From positions 71,150-135,149 of the forward strand of contig CAYUHE010000001.1 of the NCBI GenBank assembly GCA_964444415.1: 64,000 nt of DNA, given 5' to 3'. The notes below the pieces were generated by a model that was not told the origin of the DNA, did no database searches, and was given only the letters and a program-made list of their open reading frames with translations. Made by a program: the position numbers and the translations under genes. Shown in pieces: positions 50,093 through 58,464 of this stretch. Position 1 is the first letter of the stretch, and each line of letters begins with the position of its first letter. This stretch comes from an uncultured Gammaproteobacteria bacterium (GTDB lineage Bacteria > Cyanobacteriota > Vampirovibrionia > Gastranaerophilales > CAJFVJ01).

Positions 50093-51229
50093 ATGAAAAT
50101 TCACGAATATCAAGCAAAAGATTTGTTTAGAGAATATAAAATCCCTGTGCCTGATGGTTTTTTGGCAGTCAATTTTGAAGAGGCTCAAAAAATAGCTGAA
50201 AAAATAGGTTATCCTTGCGTGATAAAAGCGCAAGTTCATTCTGGTGCGAGGGGTAAAGCAGGCGGAATCAAAGTTGCCAAAAATCAAGAAGAATTTGAAT
50301 TCCACGCCAAAAATATAATCGGAATGGAATTAAAAAGCATCCAAACAGGTGATGACGTCAAAATTGTACGCAAAGTCCTAATTGAACAAGGCGTAAACAT
50401 TGACAAAGAGCTTTATTTGGCAATCACAGTCAATCGAAACACCGAAAATATCGTCATAATCGCCTCTGCTTTTGGCGGAATGGACATTGAAGAAGTCGCC
50501 GAAAACAACCCTGACAAAATTATCAAAGAAGATATCGAAATCACAAAAGGATTGTCTCAAAAAAACCTCGATAATATCAATGTCTGTCTCGGTTTTAACT
50601 GTACAAATATTATTAAAGGGCTTTATAAATTATTTGTACAAAAACATTGCTCGCTTGTAGAGATAAACCCTCTTGTAGTAACAAAAGAAGGCTCTATTCT
50701 GGCAATTGACGGCAAAGTTAACTTCGATGACAATGCACTTTATTTGAACCCCGAACTTCTTGAGCTGCGTGATTTTGATGAAGAAAATCCTCTTGAAGTT
50801 GAAGCTTCAAAATTTAATTTAAATTACATCAAACTCGACGGCACAATTGCCTGTATGGTAAATGGTGCAGGGCTTGCAATGGCTACAATGGATTTGATAA
50901 AACTTGCGGGGAAATCTCCTGCAAATTTTCTTGATGTCGGAGGCGGAGCAAGCAAAGAAAACATCGAAAATGCCTTTAGAATCTTGCTTTCAGATAAAAA
51001 TGTCGAAGCTATTTTGATAAATATTTTCGGCGGAATTTTGCGTTGTGATATTCTGGCTCAAGGCGTCAAAGATGCTGCTCAAGCTCTTGATATCAAAATA
51101 CCTATCATAGTAAGGCTTGAGGGCACAAATAAAGACCTTGGGGCAGAAATTTTAAACACTTCAGGAATGAAATTTATTGTCGCAAAAAATTTGGACGAGA
51201 TTTTGAAAGCTTTAGGAGAATTAAAATGA
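50093..51229 (+). CDS. sucC: Succinyl-CoA synthetase beta subunit
   Basis: [59 protein letters not shown]. Confidence 0.95.
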   Translation: MKIHEYQAKDLFREYKIPVPDGFLAVNFEEAQKIAEKIGYPCVIKAQVHSGARGKAGGIKVAKNQEEFEFHAKNIIGMELKSIQTGDDVKIVRKVLIEQGVNIDKELYLAITVNRNTENIVIIASAFGGMDIEEVAENNPDKIIKEDIEITKGLSQKNLDNINVCLGFNCTNIIKGLYKLFVQKHCSLVEINPLVVTKEGSILAIDGKVNFDDNALYLNPELLELRDFDEENPLEVEASKFNLNYIKLDGTIACMVNGAGLAMATMDLIKLAGKSPANFLDVGGGASKENIENAFRILLSDKNVEAILINIFGGILRCDILAQGVKDAAQALDIKIPIIVRLEGTNKDLGAEILNTSGMKFIVAKNLDEILKALGELK

Positions 51230-52107
51230 CAATTTTTGTAAATAAAGATTCAACGGTTATAGTCCAAGGTATCACAGGTTCTCAAGGAGCTTTCCACAGC
51301 GAAAAATGTCTCGAATACGGCACAAAAATAATTGGCGGAACAAGCCCAAATAAAGAAGGGCAGACAATTTTTGGCTTACCTGTATTTAATACGGTTCAAA
51401 ACCTTATACAAAAACTTGGCGTAACGCCTGATGTTTCGATGATTTTTGTCCCACCAAAATTTGCCAAAAACGCAATTTTAGAAGCCTCTGATGCAGGGGT
51501 CAATCTCATAATCTGCATCACAGAAGGAATTCCTGTACTTGAAATGATGGAAGTCAAAAAGCACCTTGCCAAAAATGGAACAAGACTAATCGGACCAAAC
51601 TGCCCCGGAATTATATCTTCAGAAGAATGCAAAATCGGTATCATGCCGGCTCATATTCACAAAAAAGGTCCTGTAGGAATAATTTCTCGCAGTGGGACTT
51701 TGACATATGAAGCCGTGTATCAGTTGACCCAACTGGGTATCGGGCAATCAACCTGCATCGGAATCGGCGGAGACCCTATTATTGGAACAAACTTCATTGA
51801 TTGCCTAAAAGAATTTGAAAAAGACACCGATACCAAAGTCATTTGCCTCGTGGGCGAAATCGGTGGTGATGCAGAAGAACAAGCCGCCGAATACATCAAA
51901 AAAACCATGGCAAAGCCTGTAGTAAGCTTTATAGCCGGAGTTTCTGCTCCAAAAGGCAAGCGTATGGGGCATGCAGGGGCAATAATTTCTGGCAAAAAAG
52001 GTTCTGCCCAAGACAAAATTAAGGCTCTTGAAAATGCCGGAATCACTGTCTGTACTTCGCCTGCAGAGATTGGTGTAACGATTAGTAAACTTATTTCAAA
52101 TATCTAA
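51226..52107 (+). CDS. sucD: Succinyl-CoA synthetase alpha subunit
   Basis: [40 protein letters not shown]. Confidence 0.96.
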   Translation: MTIFVNKDSTVIVQGITGSQGAFHSEKCLEYGTKIIGGTSPNKEGQTIFGLPVFNTVQNLIQKLGVTPDVSMIFVPPKFAKNAILEASDAGVNLIICITEGIPVLEMMEVKKHLAKNGTRLIGPNCPGIISSEECKIGIMPAHIHKKGPVGIISRSGTLTYEAVYQLTQLGIGQSTCIGIGGDPIIGTNFIDCLKEFEKDTDTKVICLVGEIGGDAEEQAAEYIKKTMAKPVVSFIAGVSAPKGKRMGHAGAIISGKKGSAQDKIKALENAGITVCTSPAEIGVTISKLISNI

Positions 52108-52170
52108 CAAATTCATAACTTTATAGCTTATTATCTAAAAAAGAGGTTGTGTTTCTACAGAAGAGTCTAA

Positions 52171-54705
52171 ATGTTAATTACGCCCATTCAAAAAAGCTAT
52201 GAGATTTTCAAAAGAAATAATGACTTAGCTTGTACGTCTGTAAAAAGTTTGCAGCTAAAGCCTCAGCCTGAACGCGACCAGATAAATTTTTCCGGTAAAA
52301 AAGGCTACAAATTTGATTTAAAAAATATGCCGAATTTGCCATGTGCTTATTGCGCAAAAACTATGATAACCACAGAGGAACAAATCCGTTTTGGTGAAAA
52401 AATTGCTACTTTAACAGGAGAAAAACTACGAAACGCTCTTGAGTTTATCGCAAAAGAAGACCAATTCCCAATTGAACAAAGGGTTGCAAAATTATTAATA
52501 AGGCAATCCAAACAAAAACCTGATAGAGATGCCCAAGAACTCTTAATGAGTGCCTTTCCGTGGGTAGAAAAAAAGCTGGTTAAACAACAAAAAGAAATTT
52601 TAGACAAACTTCCTGAGTTTATTAATAATCTAACAGGAAAAACTAAAGAACTAACGATGCACAAATTTAATGAAATTAATTTAATTCTAAATCACTGTGC
52701 TCCTGATTATATTTTTAAGAAAAAAGCCGCTATAAGAGGGTTTCACAAAGTTTTTAGAGAAGAACAAGACCCTAATAATCAAATGATTCTTGACAAAAGT
52801 TTGGGAATTTTAGCATCACTACCTACTTCCAGAAATAATTTAGAAGCTTTTGTTGTCAAATATAGCCGAAGAGGTTCAAGAGAAATCGGCGAAAGACTTT
52901 TAGACCCTTTCTTATCCAGTACGGAACATATTGAACCAAACTCTGAAAATGGTGTGTCTAAACCCTATAATTATTTGGCTGCACATAAAAGTTGTAACGA
53001 AAAAAGAGGCTCAGAGCCATTTCACCTGTTTGTTTACGATAATCCACAAGTAATTCCAAATATAGAAAACCAGATCAAAATTATTGCAAAAAAAATTGAA
53101 AATTTTGAAATTTTTGGACTTGAAAATTATCCGCCCCAAGTCACAAGGACTTTAAAAAAACTTTCCCATGGACAAATAGATATTGATATGAGCGGTTTTA
53201 TTCCTCCTGATAAAACTTTTAGAACATTCCATGAGCTAGGTAGCAAACAACCTCAAAAAAAAAGTTCAACAACAAATAAAGTATGGCGCCACCCAAATGC
53301 AAACTCGGGTTCAAGCTCAAATCAAACAACAAAAGCCAAATTAAGCAAGCAAGCTCAAAAAGAAATTGAAATTAAAAAACTTTTTGAACTCCTTAAATCA
53401 AGTACTCCTCAACAGACCCCGACTCCTCATCCTGTTTACAAAAAGAAGCTGCCAAAACCAATTGAGCCTGTTAAAACAAAAGAGGAACACCCAACCGAAA
53501 TTTTGAAAAAAGAACTAATAAATATGTTTGAAGCCCAACCATTGAAAGACCTCTCAACTAAAATACGATCAGAACTAATCGCCAGAGAGAGTGATGCGAA
53601 TAAAGAAATTCTAAACACAAATACTGCTTTATTATATGAAAAAGCTAAAGAAGAAGAGAGAATTTCAAATTGGACCCAAAAAATATACTCCTCAATACAA
53701 AAAGAACAGAAAGCTAAAGACGAAAAGGGGAAACAAAAAATTGTTGACTTGTTCTTATCTTCCCCGACAGAAGGTCTAAAAGAACAAATTCGTGCAGAAA
53801 TAATCTCGAGAGAAAGTGACCACGTCAAAGCAACCTTGGCAATAAGCTTTGATTTGCCAAATGAGAGAATGCAGATAGAAAAAAGAATTTTAAATTGGAC
53901 CAGAGAAATACACTCCTTAATACAAAAAAGACAAAAGTCGCCAGAAAGAAATCTCGCAGACAAAAATTTTCAAAATGGCGAAACAGACACAAAAGCACTT
54001 AAAAAAGAAATCGCCTCTTTATTTGTAAAATCTCCAGGAGAAGGGCTAAAAGAACAAATCCGTACAGAAATAATCTCAAGAGAAAGTGACAGAATTAAAG
54101 AAATTTTGAGTATAGATCCCGAACTACTAAACAAAAGAATGAAAATAGAAAAAAGAATTTCTGAATTAACTAATGAACTATATAGTTCTGTTTTATTAAA
54201 GAAAAAATCAATCGTTAACCCCGTAAATCAGATATCTCTCGTAACAGAACAACCTAAAACATATCCTATTAACAAATTTGAATCTAAAGATGATAAAAAA
54301 AAGAGAGAAATTTTTGAACTGTTTATCTCCTCTACTGCAAAAGATTTGAAAGAACAAATTCGTATGGAAATAATTTCAAGAGAAAGTGATGGAGTTAAAG
54401 AGCTTCTGGGCATAAATCCCAAATTGCTGGCTAATAAAACTCATCTGGAAAAAAAGATTTCTAATTTGACTAAACAAATCTATGAAGCAGTTGAACAAAG
54501 ACAAAATGAAAATCCTCATCTTAGACCCCAAGAACCTAAAAATAATCAATCAAATGAAAAAACTGTAATTAAAAAAACTAAAACCCCTGTTATTATAATT
54601 AAACAGGAGCAATTACAAGAAGCTTTGGGAAATAAAAAAACAGGAAACTTGAGACAACTGAAAAAATTAATGAAGCAGCAAATAGCGCAAAAAGGTAATT
54701 CATAA
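52171..54705 (+). CDS. HNH-endonuclease-like protein with F-x-G leader and four C-terminal helical repeats
   Basis: INFSG leader; PCAYC; STEHIEPNSENG...NYLAAHKSCNEKRG; four L(K/S)xxIRxE(I/L)I(S/A)RESD repeats. Confidence 0.75.
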   Translation: MLITPIQKSYEIFKRNNDLACTSVKSLQLKPQPERDQINFSGKKGYKFDLKNMPNLPCAYCAKTMITTEEQIRFGEKIATLTGEKLRNALEFIAKEDQFPIEQRVAKLLIRQSKQKPDRDAQELLMSAFPWVEKKLVKQQKEILDKLPEFINNLTGKTKELTMHKFNEINLILNHCAPDYIFKKKAAIRGFHKVFREEQDPNNQMILDKSLGILASLPTSRNNLEAFVVKYSRRGSREIGERLLDPFLSSTEHIEPNSENGVSKPYNYLAAHKSCNEKRGSEPFHLFVYDNPQVIPNIENQIKIIAKKIENFEIFGLENYPPQVTRTLKKLSHGQIDIDMSGFIPPDKTFRTFHELGSKQPQKKSSTTNKVWRHPNANSGSSSNQTTKAKLSKQAQKEIEIKKLFELLKSSTPQQTPTPHPVYKKKLPKPIEPVKTKEEHPTEILKKELINMFEAQPLKDLSTKIRSELIARESDANKEILNTNTALLYEKAKEEERISNWTQKIYSSIQKEQKAKDEKGKQKIVDLFLSSPTEGLKEQIRAEIISRESDHVKATLAISFDLPNERMQIEKRILNWTREIHSLIQKRQKSPERNLADKNFQNGETDTKALKKEIASLFVKSPGEGLKEQIRTEIISRESDRIKEILSIDPELLNKRMKIEKRISELTNELYSSVLLKKKSIVNPVNQISLVTEQPKTYPINKFESKDDKKKREIFELFISSTAKDLKEQIRMEIISRESDGVKELLGINPKLLANKTHLEKKISNLTKQIYEAVEQRQNENPHLRPQEPKNNQSNEKTVIKKTKTPVIIIKQEQLQEALGNKKTGNLRQLKKLMKQQIAQKGNS
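53497..54510 (+). repeat. Four intragenic ~70-aa repeats
   Basis: LSTKIRSELIARESD / LKEQIRAEIISRESD / LKEQIRTEIISRESD / LKEQIRMEIISRESD, each followed by E(E/K)(R/K)I..(W/L)T. Confidence 0.85.
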
Positions 54706-54758
54706 AAGAAATTTTAGTCGTATAATATAACAATGCACAAGACTAAAAGGATTTTTTT

Positions 54759-55265
54759 ATGATAAAAATGAATGTAATGGGTATAGCCATCGATACAAGA
54801 ACAGGCTCACCTATTGTTGTTTTGAAAGATGAAGATAACAGACGAGCTTTGCCTATTTGGATTGGCTCAGCCGAAGCAAGTGCTATTATACGAAAAATTG
54901 AAAATATACCCGTAGCCCGCCCTATGACTCATGATTTAATCTGTACAATCATAGATGAAATGGGTTATGAAGTAACCAAAATTGAAATTCACAATGTCGA
55001 AAAAGAGACTTATTTTGCAAGTATTTTCTTGGATAACGGTGATGATGAAATCGTAATAGATGCCAGACCATCAGACGCAATTGCAGTTGCAATAAGAACA
55101 AAAGCCGATATTTTTGTAACTCCGAATGTAATCGCTGAAGGAACAATTTCGACAGACAAAGAAAAAGATGAAAAAGAAGACCAAGAATTCAAAAACTTTA
55201 TAAAAGATATAAAAGCTTCTGATTTTCAAAAACTATTAGATGAAAACAAAGATTCTAACCAATAA
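54759..55265 (+). CDS. Bifunctional nuclease family protein (DUF151)
   Basis: ALPIWIG.AEA, RPMTHDL, IDARPSDAIAVA. Confidence 0.92.
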   Translation: MIKMNVMGIAIDTRTGSPIVVLKDEDNRRALPIWIGSAEASAIIRKIENIPVARPMTHDLICTIIDEMGYEVTKIEIHNVEKETYFASIFLDNGDDEIVIDARPSDAIAVAIRTKADIFVTPNVIAEGTISTDKEKDEKEDQEFKNFIKDIKASDFQKLLDENKDSNQ

Positions 55266-55510
55266 CAAAGTCTTTGAAGGCTAAATTTCTTGAAAATAAT
55301 AGAAATAGCTCTAAAAAATAGCCGAAAGACTGTTTTTTTGTTTCATTTTTTTTACAAAAATGACATTATTCGTTTATAATAAATGTTTTTTTATTATTAT
55401 TATTACAAAGTGTTAAATTTTTTATTGGGTTAAGCAATTCTATTATTTAGAAGTTTTATAAAAATATAACTAAACAATAAAGCGTAAGGAAAGGCTATAG
55501 GAATACAAAA

Positions 55511-56002
55511 ATGGTACAGTATCTTACAAAAGAAGAAGTTAGACAATGGCGAAGCTCTCTAGAAAAGATAACATTAGAAGAATTTGCAAGAAGACTTGGA
55601 AAAGAAATTGAAGAGAATAAGAGAACTCACGACATAATTGATATGATTGTGAATAATGAATCTGTTTCATCAACAGAAGATATATCAAAAACTAAATCTG
55701 AAACAGAAGTCAAAGCAAAACCAAAACAACAAGCAGAGCCAAAAACTGAAGAACCCAAACAAAAACAATCTGCTAAAGTCGAAATTACTCTTGCTTTTAG
55801 CAAAAGTTTGACTGAAAGAGAACAAAGAGTTTTTGAATATCTGTCAGAAAACAAAGGCAAATCTGTTAAAGCTCAAGATTTGGCAAGCGTTTTGGATATC
55901 CCTCGTGATTATATTTACAAATATATCCGCAACCTTCGCAAAAAAATGGAAGAAGACCTTCTTATAAACTCTGACGAAGGCGGCTTCATCCTGAATATAT
56001 AA
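55511..56002 (+). CDS. Putative transcription regulator with C-terminal winged helix
   Basis: LTEREQRVFEYL...KYIRNLRKKM...GGFIL resembles OmpR-type wHTH; no receiver domain. Confidence 0.65.
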   Translation: MVQYLTKEEVRQWRSSLEKITLEEFARRLGKEIEENKRTHDIIDMIVNNESVSSTEDISKTKSETEVKAKPKQQAEPKTEEPKQKQSAKVEITLAFSKSLTEREQRVFEYLSENKGKSVKAQDLASVLDIPRDYIYKYIRNLRKKMEEDLLINSDEGGFILNI

Positions 56003-56024
56003 TTTTTCAATTCAATAACTTTTT

Positions 56025-56055
56025 AAAATGCCCTTTCATAAGAAAGGGCATTTTT
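56025..56055. terminator. Rho-independent terminator
   Basis: AAAATGCCCTTTC ataa GAAAGGGCATTTTT. Confidence 0.85.
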
Positions 56056-56059
56056 CTAG

Positions 56060-56251
56060 GGCGAGTTCTACTCCCGTCATACCCAAGGGCACCCTCCCTT
56101 CTCCGCTTAAGTAAACTTCAGCAAGAAGAAGAGCTGAAAATCCGCTTCTTGGATTATTTGACAGCTCACCACCTTTAACTTCATTACAATTTTGCTTTCG
56201 CAAAATCTTCATTTCATCAGGTGCTTCGCATGGCGAGTTCTACTCCCGTCA
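56060..56251. repeat. ~190-bp hairpin-rich element bounded by a perfect 20-bp direct repeat
   Basis: GGCGAGTTCTACTCCCGTCA at 56060-56079 and 56232-56251. Confidence 0.7.
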
Positions 56252-56260
56252 AAAATCCGC

Positions 56261-56290
56261 AAAAAAAAGAGGCTTTGTTTCCAAGCCTCC
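56261..56290 (-). terminator. Terminator of the fliJ-fliK-flgD-flgE operon
   Basis: Minus strand GAGGCTT ggaaaca AAGCCTC followed by a T-tract. Confidence 0.75.
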
Positions 56291-56333
56291 TCATACAAGT
56301 CAAGAAAGGTTAGTTATTATGGGTTAAAGTTTA

Positions 56334-57815
56334 TTATCTACCCATTTGTATCAGCTGCTGAAGAACTCTGCTTACTGTATCAAAAGTACGGGAGTTTGCT
56401 TCAACGCTTCTTTGGGCTACGATTAATTCTGCGAATTGTTTTGTTAAATCAACGTTTGATGATTCCAAGGCACCGCTTACAACTCTTGCAAAACCGTTGT
56501 TGCTTGCGATTGAATACATTACATCACCTGCGTTTGGCCCTGGAGTAAAGTTATTGTTACCTACTGAAACCAAACCTTTGTCGTTAACGACTGAGGCCAA
56601 TTGCAACTGCAAGTTTCCGGCTTCTATCATGGCACCATTGACTGTAATATCCTTACTTTCAATTTTTGCACCATTTGCCATTTTGTAGATAAGCTGTATA
56701 TTTTTGCTTCCATCTATAATCTCCGATGTAACTTTATCACCATTTGAATATGTAGCTTCGATTGCACCGTTACCTGAAATATAATAAGAAACTAATTTAC
56801 TTGCGTTCAAAATATTATCAGCAGGACTTATAGTTGATTCATAATCAAGGATTTTACTTGTATAAGTAATTGTTCCAAGTAAAGGGTTGGCAACATTGCT
56901 ATCAACTCCGGCTACGGCTGCTAATTTTGTTTCATCAGTAAAGTTACTTGCTTTTGAAATAAGGTTAATTGCTGAAATACCAACAATTTGGTTAGGAGCT
57001 ACTAATCCATTATCAAATTCTTTATCAATTGTAAAATTTAATGTCCCATTAGAAGTTGTAGGCGTTGCCAATGTAACACCATGAATGTGAGTTGGCACAG
57101 CAGATACCCCTATTGTAGCATCTATAGCCGCATTAACCTGTGTCATAATTTGAGCTAAATTCGTTGCAGTTGAAATATTAACAGGAACTGTTGTTCTTTT
57201 AGTACCCCCATTTGAGACTATTTCTATCTCAAAATCACGAGTAGGAAGAGGTGTTGTACTCTTCTCAAATTTTAAGCCATTCAACTCAGCTAAAGGAGAA
57301 GTTGCAAAATCTACTGCTTTGCTATTTCCTTGTGTGGATAATGTCAACATTGGAGGAATTCTTATCGGAATAGCAGACCCGTCAACAGAATAAGATGTAT
57401 CTGTTCCAAGAACTTTGTTACCGTTAGATGTTACAAGATAACCGGTTGAATCAACGGAGAAATTCCCTGCTCTTGTAAGCAAAGTTTCGCCGTTTGAACC
57501 TTCTACACAGAAAAAGCCTTGTCCATCAAGATAAAGATCTGATAGAACCCCTGTAGATTGGTTTGCACCTGTGGTGAAATTTTTGCTTATGCTTGCAGTC
57601 TTTGTTCCTAGACCTATTTGCATAGGATTTTGTCCGCCTAAAGCTTTAGTAGGCGCAGAACCCAAAGTCAAAGTTTTGGCATATACATCTGAAAAGTTAA
57701 TCATAGACTCTTTAAAGCCAACCGTATTGATGTTTGCAATGTTATCAGAGATAACATCGATTTTTTGCTGGGATGTTTGTATCCCACTTATTGCTGTGTA
57801 AAAACCTTGTGACAT
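56334..57815 (-). CDS. flgE: Flagellar hook protein
   Basis: DVISDNIANINTVGFK, IGLG, DGQGFF, TRAGNF, ALESSNVDLTKQFAELIVAQR. Confidence 0.95.
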   Translation of the reverse strand: MSQGFYTAISGIQTSQQKIDVISDNIANINTVGFKESMINFSDVYAKTLTLGSAPTKALGGQNPMQIGLGTKTASISKNFTTGANQSTGVLSDLYLDGQGFFCVEGSNGETLLTRAGNFSVDSTGYLVTSNGNKVLGTDTSYSVDGSAIPIRIPPMLTLSTQGNSKAVDFATSPLAELNGLKFEKSTTPLPTRDFEIEIVSNGGTKRTTVPVNISTATNLAQIMTQVNAAIDATIGVSAVPTHIHGVTLATPTTSNGTLNFTIDKEFDNGLVAPNQIVGISAINLISKASNFTDETKLAAVAGVDSNVANPLLGTITYTSKILDYESTISPADNILNASKLVSYYISGNGAIEATYSNGDKVTSEIIDGSKNIQLIYKMANGAKIESKDITVNGAMIEAGNLQLQLASVVNDKGLVSVGNNNFTPGPNAGDVMYSIASNNGFARVVSGALESSNVDLTKQFAELIVAQRSVEANSRTFDTVSRVLQQLIQMGR

Positions 57816-57873
57816 TTGAGTTTTCTCCCCTCTGTATAATTATTTTAAAATCTTAATTCACATTAACTGCTAA

Positions 57874-58434
57874 TTATGTTGTTGTTTTAGCTACTTGCCC
57901 TGTTGTAGAATTTATTTGATATTGATTCAATAAACCGCTGTATTGATTCGCCGCAGAAGCACCTGTGAGAGTCCCGTGGGTAATGCCTGTTGTTGTTCCG
58001 CCTTCTGCAACCGATTGTATATTTTTCAAAGGATATGCTGTTCTTGTTGTATCCCCGTCAAAAATTACAGATGTTGAAGAACCGTTAGTTCTTACTTCTG
58101 CTATTTTGCCTGACAAAGTTGATCTGCCTTGTTTATCATTAGGATCCAAAATTGTTACTTTTTTGCCCATCAATGAATAGGCTTGAGTCATAGAATTTGC
58201 GCTATTCATTTTTTGCAACTCGTTAACTTGTGTAAACGTTGCATTTTGAAGCATCATTTGTGAGTTATCTGTAGGTTTTGTAGGATCTTGATTTTTCATC
58301 TGCTCAAGCATCAATCTTAGAAAAGCATCTTGACCCATCTCACTAGTACCCATTTTACTTCTGGCCGCATTGGCTGCATTGGTACTATTAGAGATTTGCG
58401 TCATCGTGTTATTAATTTCATTTACTGAACTCAT
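57874..58434 (-). CDS. flgD: Flagellar hook capping protein
   Basis: QDAFLRLMLEQMKNQDPTKP. Confidence 0.92.
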   Translation of the reverse strand: MSSVNEINNTMTQISNSTNAANAARSKMGTSEMGQDAFLRLMLEQMKNQDPTKPTDNSQMMLQNATFTQVNELQKMNSANSMTQAYSLMGKKVTILDPNDKQGRSTLSGKIAEVRTNGSSTSVIFDGDTTRTAYPLKNIQSVAEGGTTTGITHGTLTGASAANQYSGLLNQYQINSTTGQVAKTTT

Positions 58435-58464
58435 CTTACTATTTCTCCCCTTTTTATTTCTTAA

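Noticed and set aside
52171-54705. HNH protein as a Cas9/IscB-like RNA-guided nuclease
   Set aside because: No RuvC motifs, bridge helix, adjacent array or room for an ncRNA; the flanking intergenic gaps are only about 55-65 nt.
56160-56230. Minus-strand CTGATGA...GAAA as a hammerhead
   Set aside because: Stem II does not close properly onto GAAA, and stems I and III with a cleavage triplet are not evident.
56060-56251. Direct repeats as a mini CRISPR array
   Set aside because: Only two 20-bp repeats with a 152-nt structured interval, and no cas genes.
56192-56548. ORFs 56192..56548 and 61393..61617
   Set aside because: They run through repeat or terminator DNA and antisense to real genes, with no protein-like features.
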